DNA from: Rebecca billardiae RCC1528 | Lineage: Eukaryota > Protista > Haptophyta | Direction: 5' to 3' | Assembly (NCBI GenBank): GCA_965240325.2 | Contig: OZ251222.1 | Coordinates: 4,154,001-4,218,000, forward strand | DNA length: 64,000 bases | Part shown: positions 19,158-29,868 of the stretch, piece by piece | How positions within the stretch are numbered: position 1 is the first letter of the stretch | Layout: every line of letters starts with the position of its first letter | The notes under the pieces: model-generated | Seen by the model: only the letters and a program-made list of their open reading frames with translations | The model's database searches: none | Told to the model about the DNA's origin: nothing | Position numbers and translations under genes: made by a program

Positions 19158-21305
19158 TCAGGGACCAGCGCCCTCGCCGACCGCGGCCCACGAAGGCAGG
19201 CCATGCCACTCGTCGGGAGGGATCCATGCCACCCCCGGTCCCAGCGTCATGTTCACGGGTGGCGGCGCCGGACACGGCACGCTCGCTCGCCAGACGGCGT
19301 AGATGCGCCACGGCACGAGCGTGCCGAAGACGAAGGCCACGTTGATGGCGACGTGCCACAGCTGGTGCGACGCACCGACGTAGTCGAAGGCCCCCGGCGC
19401 GCACGCCTCGGGCACGGCCGCCGACTTGACGAGCAGCCCGAGCGCAAACGTGCCGAGCGATGCGATCCAGTAGTAGATGTACGCCCACGGCGCGTCGTTG
19501 TGGTACCAGCCCTCGAGCTTGGAGAAGAGCTGGTAGAAGAGCGGCACGATGTTGCAGAAGCACACGAAGAGGAAGAAGGACATGGCGCGCACGCCCGACG
19601 ACGCCGTGCACAGCACGGCGATCGCCGAGGTGCACAGCAGCCCGGACGAGCACACGAAGAAGAGGTGCGCCAGCTCGGGCTCGCAGTAGAACGAGTTGTG
19701 CGCGCTCACGAGCGAGACGGCGAGGATGGCGGCGGCGATCGAGATGTAGTCGACGGACCACCAGAGCGCGTACGAGCGGCTGTCGGGCCCGCAGTAGAAG
19801 AGGTGCGCCGCCGCCGAGCACAGCGGGCGCACGAGCAGCGCGGTCACCAGCCCGCACGTGAGCAGCGCGCGGTCGACCTGCGGCAGCCCGGCGACCGCGC
19901 CGTCTGCGAGGAAGCGACGCGTCGCGAGCGCAAACGCCGCGGCGGGGAGCAGCTCGGTCCAGACGTTGAGGGTCTCGTTGTGCCAGCGGAAGAGCGAGCG
20001 CGCGGACGCCCACACCGAGAGGTTCACGCGGTACCCCGTCGGCACGTGCGCATACGCCGAGTAGTAGCCCGGCAGCTCGGACGCGCGCACGAGGCTGAGC
20101 GAGCCGTCCGCGCACAGCTCCGAGCCCGAGCGCGCGCGCGATGCGGCGGGCGCGGCGGCCGGGCCCTCGCGCTCCGGCGGCGGCGGCGCGCTCGCGGGGC
20201 CGGCCTCGCCCGCCTCGGTCGCGTGCACCACCGTCGGCGGCGCGTACCGCCCGACGACGCCCGACCCCGCGCCGGCCTCCGCGCCCGACCCGCCGAGCTC
20301 GGCGGCCGCGGCGCGCAGGGGCAGCGCCAGGCCGGTGCCGAGCAGCAGGTCTGCGAGCGAGGCGGCGCCCGACTCGTCGAGCGCGCGCTCCATCGCGTCG
20401 GTGGGCACGCGCGGGGCCGGCAGGCGGACGTGCAGCCTGTGCGCAAGCTCGCGCAGCTCGTGCAGCACGTCGTCGAGCGGCGTGTGCCGCCGCTCCAGGG
20501 CGACGACGTCCGCGAGGGCCAGGTCGCCGCCGATGCCGTCCGCGGCTGCGTCGCCGAGCGCGCGCGCGCCTCGGCTCCCGATGGCGCCGATGCTCCCGCC
20601 GAGGGCCGCGAGCAGGAAGAACTCGCGGCGATGATCGCGCTCGAGCCGCCGGCACGACAGCGCGGAGAGGACGGCGATGACGCCGACGCCCAGCTCGTAC
20701 CACGCGACGTACGCGCCGCGCGGCCGGCGCGTGGCCGCCGCCGCCGCGTGCGCGCCGATGATCAGCGCCGCCGCCACGAGCATGGACACGAAGCGGAGGC
20801 GCACAAGCGACGGGCCCGCGCCGATGAAGAAGAGTAGCGCGAGGGCCACCGGCGGCGCCAGCGGGTCGACCCGGGCGTACGCAGCGCGGCCGATGATGCA
20901 CCACGCGAGCACGGTCAGCAGCGCGGTGCCGATGGCGTCCAGGTTGATCGCGCGGCGCTGGTTCGTCGCGGTGAAGGCGGCGACGAGCGCCGCGGCGGCG
21001 ACGAGCGCGAAGGCCCACGCCTGCCCGGCCATCCTGCCGCGCTCGAGAGCCTGCCATGCCTCGAGCGATACCTGCAGCGGCAGGTACGCGCACGCCAGAC
21101 CGAGCAGGCCGGCCCGGAGCGGGCGGCCGCCAGTCTTGGCGCGATAGATGCCGTGCGCGCGCTCCAGAGCGACCGATTGGAACGCGAGCGTGATTGCGTC
21201 GAGCTGCGTGCGCTCGGCCAGGGCCTCCGCCCGCTCGGCCACATCTGCCGCGAGCAGCGACGAGGGTGGCGGCAGGAGCGGCTGCCGCCGCTCGTCAGCG
21301 TCCAT
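19158..21305 (-). CDS. PAQR/HlyIII (adiponectin receptor-like) protein with an extra N-terminal multi-TM module
   Basis: GYR...SLFRWHNETLNVWT, CSAAAH, VDY and GASHQLWHV. The N-terminal half has ~5-6 more hydrophobic helices. Start taken at MDADERRQ. Confidence 0.85.
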   Translation of the reverse strand: MDADERRQPLLPPPSSLLAADVAERAEALAERTQLDAITLAFQSVALERAHGIYRAKTGGRPLRAGLLGLACAYLPLQVSLEAWQALERGRMAGQAWAFALVAAAALVAAFTATNQRRAINLDAIGTALLTVLAWCIIGRAAYARVDPLAPPVALALLFFIGAGPSLVRLRFVSMLVAAALIIGAHAAAAATRRPRGAYVAWYELGVGVIAVLSALSCRRLERDHRREFFLLAALGGSIGAIGSRGARALGDAAADGIGGDLALADVVALERRHTPLDDVLHELRELAHRLHVRLPAPRVPTDAMERALDESGAASLADLLLGTGLALPLRAAAAELGGSGAEAGAGSGVVGRYAPPTVVHATEAGEAGPASAPPPPEREGPAAAPAASRARSGSELCADGSLSLVRASELPGYYSAYAHVPTGYRVNLSVWASARSLFRWHNETLNVWTELLPAAAFALATRRFLADGAVAGLPQVDRALLTCGLVTALLVRPLCSAAAHLFYCGPDSRSYALWWSVDYISIAAAILAVSLVSAHNSFYCEPELAHLFFVCSSGLLCTSAIAVLCTASSGVRAMSFFLFVCFCNIVPLFYQLFSKLEGWYHNDAPWAYIYYWIASLGTFALGLLVKSAAVPEACAPGAFDYVGASHQLWHVAINVAFVFGTLVPWRIYAVWRASVPCPAPPPVNMTLGPGVAWIPPDEWHGLPSWAAVGEGAGP

Positions 21306-21387
21306 CGCGCAGTGGCGGCAGGCCTCTTTGCCGGCACACAAGCTCGTCTGCACCGGACACCGCGCCGACAAGGCCCGCCCGCGCGGG

Positions 21388-22845
21388 ATGCTCGCGCGCG
21401 CCGGAGCGCTGCAGCTGGCGGACATGCCGCCGGAGGTCGTCGAGCGCATCGTGACGGCACTACCTCTGCGTGACCTCGTGCACGCCAACGCCACGGCGCG
21501 CGTCTTCCGCGGCGCGCCGGGGGGGCGCTCACCGGTCGAGCACGCGCTGCGCGAGCGCGCGCGCCGGCGCGGGCACGCGCGCGCGCTGCCGGCGGCGCTG
21601 CCGAGCGGTGTGCGCACGTGGGCCGAGGAACTTCTTGGTCGCGAACGTGTGCACGAGCTCGCGTGCGCGCACGCGTGCACGGTGGCGTGCTGCGATGCGT
21701 TCAGCGCGTTTGTGGACGCGCATGGAGGGCTGCACACGTGCGGCGAGGAGGAGTCGTGGGCGGAGGAGGCGGAGGAGACGATGTACGCCCCATGCGACGC
21801 GATGGGCCACCCGGGCGTGCCGGAGGTGCTCGTGCCCACACGTGTCGCGTCGCTCTCCGCGGTGCGCGTGTGCGCGGTTGCTGCCGGCAGCCACCACCTG
21901 CTCGCGCTGAGCGACGCCGGCGCGGTGCACGCGTGCGGCTGCAACGGAGTCGGCCAGCTCGGACTGGGAGACGGCGGGCTCCGCAGGTCGTTCGCGCGCG
22001 TGCGCGCACTGGCGGGCGAGACGGTCGTGTGCGTCGCGTCGGGCACCGCGCACAGCCTCGCGCTCACGGCAGCTGGGTGCGTGTACAGCTGGGGCCACAA
22101 CGACAGCGGCCAGCTCGGCCACGACGACACGGAGACGCGCTGGGAGCCGCGCCGCATCGAGGGGCTGCGCGGCGTGCGCCTGGCGGGCGTGTCGGGCGGG
22201 GAGGAGCACACGCTGCTGCTCTCGACGAGCGGCGGCGTCTTCTCGTGCGGCTGCGGCATCTCAGGCCGGCTCGGCCACGGCGACGAGCACGATCAGCACA
22301 CGCCGAGGCGCATCGAGGCCTTGGCGGCGCTGCACGCCGCTCACGTGAGCGCTGGCCGCGCGCACAGCCTGGTGGTTGACGCCGACGGCCGCGTGTACTC
22401 CTTCGGGGCGGGCGGATGGGGGCGCCTCGGCCACGGCGACGAGACCGTCCAGCCCGTACCCATGCGCATCGAGGCGCTGGCGGGCGTGCACGCCGTGCGT
22501 GCGTGCGCAGGCGCGGGCAGCAGCGTGGTGCTGGGCGGAGACGGCGGCGTGCACGCGTTCGGCGACAACCGCCGCGCCGTGCTCGGTCTGGGCGAGGAGG
22601 AGCTCCACTCCGTTCACCACCTGCCCGCGCGCGTGCTCGCGCTCGCGCACGCGCGCGTGGTGGGCTGCGCGCTCAGCGGCGGCCACGCGCTGTACGTCAC
22701 GGCGGACGGCAGCGCGCACTCATGCGGCGAGCACACCGCCGCGCTCGGCCACGGCATGAGCGCCGTCGACGAGCCGGACAATGTCGAGACGCCCACGTGC
22801 ATCGCGCAGCTCCCGCGCATGCGCGTGGCACCCGTCGAGTTCTGA
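21388..22845 (+). CDS. F-box plus RCC1-repeat (UVR8/HERC-like propeller) protein
   Basis: F-box-like LADMPPEVVERIVTALPLRDL. About 6-7 repeats of the type VAAGSHH.LAL...G.V..WG....GQLGHGD. Confidence 0.88.
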   Translation: MLARAGALQLADMPPEVVERIVTALPLRDLVHANATARVFRGAPGGRSPVEHALRERARRRGHARALPAALPSGVRTWAEELLGRERVHELACAHACTVACCDAFSAFVDAHGGLHTCGEEESWAEEAEETMYAPCDAMGHPGVPEVLVPTRVASLSAVRVCAVAAGSHHLLALSDAGAVHACGCNGVGQLGLGDGGLRRSFARVRALAGETVVCVASGTAHSLALTAAGCVYSWGHNDSGQLGHDDTETRWEPRRIEGLRGVRLAGVSGGEEHTLLLSTSGGVFSCGCGISGRLGHGDEHDQHTPRRIEALAALHAAHVSAGRAHSLVVDADGRVYSFGAGGWGRLGHGDETVQPVPMRIEALAGVHAVRACAGAGSSVVLGGDGGVHAFGDNRRAVLGLGEEELHSVHHLPARVLALAHARVVGCALSGGHALYVTADGSAHSCGEHTAALGHGMSAVDEPDNVETPTCIAQLPRMRVAPVEF

Positions 22846-23274
22846 CGCGCTGGACGACGTCGCTGCGCGTGCGCGCGCCGCACGCGTGTCCGCGCGTGCG
22901 CGTGGCAACCAGTCAGCGCTGTGCTGGCCGTCCAGGCGCCTGTCCCTGAGAAGACACGGCGGCGGCTGCAGCGTGGATGATCATGTCCATGATAGAGTAG
23001 CTGTCCACCCCATGCACAGCAACTGATTATTCGCTCGATTCTTAGAGATTCTACCAATCATCCTCCGCTTCCGCTGCCACGCGAAACGAAGCTGTCCTCC
23101 AAAACGAAGGCCTTCCACGGCGCGAGCGAAAGAACGCAGCGCAGGCTGATGGTTTCGATCTTGCTGGTTCATGATGAATCATGAGCAGCTTTCAGGCTCT
23201 CCTGTACCCGGACCGACGTCATCGGCCATCAGACGCCTTACGTATCGCCGATGCGGCACAACCGCGCGAGCAGC

Positions 23275-25183
23275 ATGCACAGGCGGCTGCTCGCGCTCCT
23301 GTGCGCGGCGGCGTCCGTATCCATGCGCTGCACGGCACTCCGTCCGCCCCTCCATGGGCGCGCCGTGCCTCGCGGGCGCGCGCTGAGCGCAGAGGTCGTG
23401 CGCAAAGTGCGCGAGGATCACAATGTGAATCTTCGCGTGGCGGCGGCAGCTACTGTGTTCGGGCTTGCGACAGTTTTGGCGCTACCCGAGGTCACGCACG
23501 CGGGCTTTGGCGCGCCAACCGGCGCCGTGACCTCGGCGCCGCCCATGCGGACGCTGACTGCTGACGACATTGCAAAGGTGTCCAGCCGCAAGCTGCAGCA
23601 GATCAGCGGCTCGAACGCGCCGACCACGGGCACCATCGACAGCCTACTCAACGAGCTACAGCTGCGCGCGGACCAGCTCACCGAGCTCGCGGACGAGGTG
23701 ACGGGGCGCCAGGGTGCGTCCACCGAAGCATCCGGCCTGAGCCTCGAGGACACGATCAAGGCGATCCGCGAGCAGCAACAGAAGGTGTACGCTGACCTCG
23801 AGCGCGGCCGCGAGCTCAAGCAGCAGCTCGAGGTGCGCAAGGAGGTGACGGCCAAGCTGGAGAAGCAGCCGACGTGGTACAACTACGCGGCGGCGCTCTG
23901 CGGGTCGATCTTGTCAACGCTCATCATGCACCCGATGGACACCGTGCGCGCCCCGTCCCCATGCGTCGTCGCGCCTCCGCAGCGACACGCGCGCACTCGC
24001 TCACCCCCCCCCCCCCCCGCCCCCCCCGCCCTCTCCCACGCCCGCGCTCTCCCGGGCATCGGCGCAGATCAAGACGCGCTACATGGCCGCGAGCCCGCGT
24101 TCCGAAGCCGAGCGCTCGGTGGAAGACCTGTACTCGCCGCCGCCGGTCGAGCCCAAGGTGGTGAAGCGCCAAAAGCAGTGGGGCTCACGCGTCGTCGAGG
24201 GGCTCGAGGGGCTGCGCGCCGCAGGCGGCGCGGAGGACGCGGCGGCGGGCGCGGCGCTCGGCGTGGCTGCATCGGAGACCGCTGCGGCCGAGCACAGCGA
24301 GCACGCCGAGCACGCCGAGCACGCCGAGCACGGGGAGCAGGCCGCCGCGAATGCGGACGCGGAGGGCGGCGCCGAGCTCGAGGCGGCCGTGGCCGGGGGC
24401 GAGTACGTCGACTACTCGCTGCAGGTCGAGGTGTACGAGGACGTGCTCGAGCCGTACGACCTCAAGGCGGTGCGCAAGCCGAGCGGCATCGCCTCGCTGT
24501 ACGAGGGCCTCCTCGGCAACATCCTCAAGGAGGGCCCGTCCTCCGCGCTCTACCTCGGCGTGTACGAGGACGTGAAGGTGAAGCTGCTCACCACCACGCT
24601 CGCCGCGCACCCGCTCGGCGTGTACTTGCTGGCGGGCGCGACGGGCGAGCTGATTGGCTCGCTGGTGCGCGCGCCGATGGAGGCGATCAAGTCCAACGTG
24701 CAGTCGGGCACCGACACGTCCACGTTCGCCGCCTCGCGCCGCGTGCTCCTGACGAGCGACGGGCGGGAGAACGTCGTGCGCGCGTGGTCGTGCTCGATCT
24801 GGCGCGACGTGCCGTTTGGCGCCATCCAGCTCGCTGTCTTTGAGCTGACCAAGACGTTCATCCTCAACTCGCGCGACATCTCGATCGACATCAACTCGTT
24901 GCAGGCCGAGGCGATGCTCGGCGCGTTCGCCGGCTCGGTCGGCGCCTTCGTCAGCACGCCCGCCGACGTGATCACCACGCGCATCATCACGCAGAAGCTG
25001 GAGGAGGGCGAGCGCCCAGACGGCATCCTCGAGATGGTGCAGCGCGTGTACGACGAGGGCGGCCCCAGCGCCTTCTTTGTCGGGTGGAAGGAGCGCGTGC
25101 TCTACTGGGCGCCGGCGATCTCGCTCTTCCTCTCGTGCTACTGCAGCGTGCGCCAGCTCGGCTTCAACTACTTCACGGACTGA
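23275..25183 (+). CDS. Mitochondrial carrier family (SLC25; SAMC/MFL1-like) protein with probable plastid presequence; intron 23944..24067
   Basis: Splicing restores signature 1, PMDT|IKTR. Signatures 2 and 3 are PMEAIKSN and PADVITTR. WRDVPFGAIQ present. N-terminal signal peptide plus transit-like region. Confidence 0.87.
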
Positions 25184-25246
25184 AGCGAGCGCACTAGTGA
25201 AGCCGCGGAGTCGGGCTGTCTGGCACTCGTCAGCAGTGCTGTTAGA

Positions 25247-25258
25247 ATATATATATAT

Positions 25259-25336
<78 letters not shown>
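25247..25336. repeat. (TA)n microsatellite flanking family A copy 3
   Basis: Seen directly. Further (TA)n tracts at ~5785, ~7449, ~11288, ~25748, ~44987 and ~48187. Confidence 0.95.
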
Positions 25337-25339
<3 letters not shown>

Positions 25340-25747
25340 TAGCCACTCCGCCATGCCCGGCTCGTACAAGGCGTCGGGTACGAATGGACTCTGGAGCTGG
25401 ATGGTCGCGGCGCGCGGCGTCGTGGAGTAGACGACCACGACGATCAATCATGGAACGATCAGGTTAGCTATGTTGGGATTTGAGCAACGAAGTACGAACG
25501 ACAGCGGGCGCTGGCAGCGGCGTGGCGGGAGAGCGAAGCCTGATCGATCCGATGATTGTGAGCGGTAACCAACCGAGTCCTGCAGGTGCACCACTGTGGG
25601 CCAGATTGGCAGCGCACCAGGACTCCTGCGCGCGGCGGTGCGCGCGGGAGGAACGCAGGAATGCCGTGCCTGACGCCGTGCGACGGTGCGAGCCGGATTC
25701 TTGGCGTCGCTCATAGACACTCAGTTATAGGTTCCCTATAACGCCAC
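25337..25747 (-). mobile_element. Repeat family A, copy 3 (internally deleted, 411 bp, both termini intact, (TA)n on both sides)
   Basis: The reverse complement reads tatat|GTGGCGTTATAGGGAACCTATAAC...GAGTGGCTAGAC|atatat. Confidence 0.8.
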
Positions 25748-27301
25748 ATATATATATGGCTCCGGCTTCGGTCCACCCCCCCCAGTCCGGTCACTGGAGC
25801 GTTTCATCTTGACATCACTGCAATCGCGGCGGGATCGCCGCCTCTGATGCCCGGATCTGGCTAGTTCAGACCCGCCGCTCCTTTTGGGAGGCCGCTCCGC
25901 GGCCCCGCGGAGCGGCTAGCGATATCCAGTGGAAAAGCGTTTCGGTCTTCCCGTGCGTGAAATCCGGATTCGCGGAGTTCAGACCGCGTGAACCTGATTT
26001 GCAGGCGGTTTGCCGTGTTCGCCGTCATGCTGGCAGGCATGCTGCCCGTGCCCATCGCGCCGCGCAGATCGCCGGTACCGCCCGCCCAGATTGTTGGCTG
26101 GTGGTGCAGCGCGGTGTGGCGTGGCACATGCTATCTTTGGGTCTCATCCGACGGCGATAAGGGCCGCCCACCCCGCCCTGCTCCACGTGTACGTGCACAC
26201 GGACACAAGGTAGAACGGGCCATGGAACAGTGTGACACGTGTGGCCCAAAAAGAGGGCTGGCCCCTCCGCGCTCGCACACGGGTAGCCACTCAGCTCACG
26301 GTACACATTGTCCCCCGCCATGCCAGCCACTCAAAAGTGTTGCCCTCGAAGGTTTTGCGAGGTGCCCGGCCACGCGTACGCGCGGTGCCCCACAGACCGC
26401 ACTCTTGGAACAGAAGCAGTGCGCGGCGAGCGCGAAGGGGGGGAGAGCACCGCTTACCAGGTGGAGGCGCGGGTGAAGACGGTTTCGCGTCCATCCGACT
26501 CGCGCGAGGGCCGCGCGCGCGACATCTGACGCGCTATAGCCGCGAGCGCGACGGCGGGTCGGCACAAGGGCGGGCGCCACGCCGAGGCCCTCGTGGCCGG
26601 ATCTCCTTTCAGGCCCTTGCTGGACTTTCCCAGCCGCTCCGCACGGAGCAATTTATTGTTCGTGGGTACCACGAAACGGCTGGGTCTGAACCAGCCAGTG
26701 CCCGGATGATCCGAGTACCGAGTACGATACTCGATAGCGCTCCTGAGTCCTGGCTCCAGCCACCGACTCACTGCTCACACTCATCATCAGCAGCTATTTG
26801 GGACCACAGTCAGGGACAGCCCGACTAGCCAGTGACCCTAATCCCTATGGGGGCGGGGGGCGCATTCAACGGAACCCCTGGGAAGTGGGAGCCATCAGAG
26901 GGCGATGAGGGACACGGGGTAACTACCAGTACCAGGGGCTCCACTGTCCGAATCGAAAGATCGATCTCCGCCGGGGCGGCGGACGAAGTATAACGTAGTC
27001 CTCCTCGAAGTAATAATCGACGTCTTCTCACGACTCGACGTGTAGTCGGACGCTGGTCGTCACAGTCGAACACGGAGGACTGGCCATATTAAATTCATAT
27101 CGTGCTATATATTCGTGAGACTGAACTTTTTTATTTTATTTTGGCGCTCCCGCCGGACCCGGACCGCGCGGTCTCTCGCACCCGTGTCTGGTACTCTCCT
27201 CCGGACTGCGCCGCCAGCATCGTACCTCGGCGGGCACAGCCCGCCGAGTGTGTGTACCTATCGTCCGCATCACACATCGGCGGACGACGATAGCTATAGA
27301 A

Positions 27302-28515
27302 ATGACCGCGTTCCGCGGTCCTTTTCTGCATAGAATCAACGCAGTTGGGGGCCCGCGGTGGCCGTGCAATCGGGCATCGCGGCCGTCTCCGCCGTAGTGG
27401 CAGTTCGCCAGTTGAAGTCGGTTCTGAGATGACTGAAGCTATTAGTCCGACCGTCGCCCTGCCTGCGCGACCGCGAGACTCATTCACACTTCACACAATC
27501 ACAGCAGCGGACCTGAGACCGCACCCGGCACCGGTCGTCAAATCGGACGTCCGTCTGACAACTAGCTGCCAAATGTCCAACTGGCTGATCAGCTCGGATC
27601 CGACCCGTCCGCGATCGTGCCGAGTGAGTCGTGCCGCGGAGCTCGGAGTACTGAAGGAGTCGGGTGTGACAGCAGGGTGCTTTAGCGCTGCGGCCCGTGC
27701 CAGCCAACGACCAGACGTACTCTGGCCACTTGACCCGTTGCACGGGTGAGTGACCGTACGCCCTGCCTAGTGCCTACCAGTACCGCGCGCGCCGCGCGAC
27801 CGGCGACTCGGGGTGATGGAGAGCGGATCATGGCGACAGCAGCAGCAGTCCTCATGAAGACGATGAAACTGGCGGCACGGGTGCACGAGGTGGCAGGCGA
27901 AAGCGCGCCGACGAGACCGCATTTGACACACCTGAGCCGCACGCGCGTGCCGTCGCCGAGCGGCGAGCGCTGCAAACGCGCAACCGTACCGCGCGCGCCA
28001 CGACGGCGCGGCACTAGCTGATGCAGGCCGTACTGCCGGCACTGCTTCTGCGATCATGCGCCACGGTCGCAGCTGACTGCGTGAGCAGCAAGCGGGAGGC
28101 GGGTCCGGAGGCACGTGCAGGCGCCGTCCCGCATATCCGCCATCGCCCATCGTGCCGGGGCACGTCACCTCCGACGATCCGGATGTGGCCCAGTCCGGAC
28201 GTCACGCGATCCGGGAAGACGAGTACGATTCGCTCGTAACGAACCGTTACACTAAAGTCACGGCCAGGCTCACGTCCCGTCCATCGATTACTTATGGAAT
28301 CAGCTGGGCGCGCTCTTTTTCGGCCTAATAGACCTCTCTATGCGATCTCAAAAACTCGAAACTCGGTCTCCGCCAGCCCTAAAAATCGCCCCCGCCCCTT
28401 TTTTTCCGCCGCCCCCCGTCCCTTTTTTCTTGATCAAAGATCTGTTTGAAACGTGGTTCGGGCCCGCTGGTGCGGGCTCCACGCTGCGCGCTCCGCCCTG
28501 CACCGCGGGCCATAA
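27302..28515. mobile_element. Repeat family B, copy 2 (uninterrupted, ~1.2 kb)
   Basis: High identity to 7471..7667 and 9804..10900. The shared sequence runs from atgaccgcg to gggccataa. Confidence 0.75.
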
Positions 28516-28563
28516 TTATAAGCAGTCTCACAGCCTGCGATGATGCGCAGTCCGGGCCAGTCG

Positions 28564-29868
28564 TCATCGCAATGTGACGTCCGCCCAGTCCCCTTCCGCC
28601 CGCGGCGCCTCGTCGCCTGCAATGGGAAGACCCCCAACGCCTGCCGCCGGGCCTGCCAGCCGCTGCCGCCGCCGAGCTGCCTTTGTCCGAACCTCTCGTT
28701 CGAGTTCTGTGAAGGTGCTCGTCGCCGCCCGCAGCTGCGCAGGGTTGCCGCCGAAGCTGGGGAGCGTGTGCATCTGCTCCGCGGTGGAAGGCGCAAGCAT
28801 GTTCTGCAGCAGGCCGAGCCCCATCTCGCCGATCAGCCTGGGCGACGGGTGGAAGCACGTGAGCCCGTCCATCAGGCTCATCTGCACCTGGAGTCCGCGC
28901 AGCATCGGCTGGAAGCGCACGACGAGTGACTGCCCATCGTCAAACTGCTCGGCCAGCTTAAGGAACGCCCGATTGAGCTGAGCTGCCCACTCGTCCGCGC
29001 CCGCCGCGCCGTTGTATTTATCGGCCCCGCCGCGCTTGTACCACATGTTGAAAGCCAACCTGCACCACGTCGAACCGCCTGCACCTGCCTTGAAGCTCTC
29101 ATGGATACGGCTCGGCTCATCCGCAAGCGCGATGATATTGACGTACGTGTACGGAAGCTCGCTGCGAACGAGCTCGAGGATCTGGCGAAGAGAATACCTG
29201 GCCTTCTTTGTGCTGCGCCTCGAGAACCACTGGTCGCCCCAGGCGGGGATGAACGTGAGCACCTTCCATGACGACAGGAGGTGCGGCGACTCCTTGTGGA
29301 CCCAGCGCACCAAGTTGCGTGCCTGCTCGTACATCGAGTTGTTGAACGTAGCCTTCTCCTTGAGGTCCTTGGTGACCATGAGCGGGCTAGCCGCCAGTCG
29401 TTTTCTGCCGATCAGCGCCGCGCCGTCCATGGCTGCATTCAACCCGCACTGAGCGCGCTGGTGGAACAAGTCGCACGGCACCTCAAACATGGTCGTCCCT
29501 TTCGAGATGCCCTCGAGCTGCGGGTTGAAGCGCTTGAGCAGCATACCGAGCGTTGTGATCTCCTTGGTGGTGGTGTGGCTTGTGTCGCTCGTCACAAACC
29601 CGCTCCCACATCCGAACGAGCCGCCGCGGTAGTCCCGCACCGCGAGCGGGGCCGTGGCGAGATTCGTCACGTCGGCTGCGTTCATGCCCGTCTGCCACGA
29701 GTCGCCGAGGCACATCACGGCGCTCACATTCGATGCCTTGATCCCAGCGAACGGCTTGCGTCTCTGCACGAGTAGTGGGTGCTTGGCGTCTTGCCCGAGC
29801 GCGACTGGCTTGGCAGACGTGGCTGCATACGTGGCCGCCAGCAGCGCGAGGCGCATCCTCGATCCCAT
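28564..29868 (-). CDS. Secreted SGNH/GDSL hydrolase, phospholipase B1-like
   Basis: Signal peptide, AVMCLGDS (catalytic Ser), LKRFNPQLEG.S.G, GLNAAMDGA, WKVLTF, LPYTYVNII, CFHPS. Confidence 0.78.
   Translation of the reverse strand: MGSRMRLALLAATYAATSAKPVALGQDAKHPLLVQRRKPFAGIKASNVSAVMCLGDSWQTGMNAADVTNLATAPLAVRDYRGGSFGCGSGFVTSDTSHTTTKEITTLGMLLKRFNPQLEGISKGTTMFEVPCDLFHQRAQCGLNAAMDGAALIGRKRLAASPLMVTKDLKEKATFNNSMYEQARNLVRWVHKESPHLLSSWKVLTFIPAWGDQWFSRRSTKKARYSLRQILELVRSELPYTYVNIIALADEPSRIHESFKAGAGGSTWCRLAFNMWYKRGGADKYNGAAGADEWAAQLNRAFLKLAEQFDDGQSLVVRFQPMLRGLQVQMSLMDGLTCFHPSPRLIGEMGLGLLQNMLAPSTAEQMHTLPSFGGNPAQLRAATSTFTELEREVRTKAARRRQRLAGPAAGVGGLPIAGDEAPRAEGDWADVTLR

Noticed and set aside
21306-22259. 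N-terminal ~317 aa of the 1033-aa PAQR ORF
   Set aside because: It is antisense to the F-box/RCC1 gene. The PAQR start is better placed at 21305.
25760-27300. Lower-GC segment between A copy 3 and B copy 2 (likewise ~10900-11500 and ~38200-39450)
   Set aside because: Probably repeat-derived, but I found no termini, motifs or second copy in the window to support a call.
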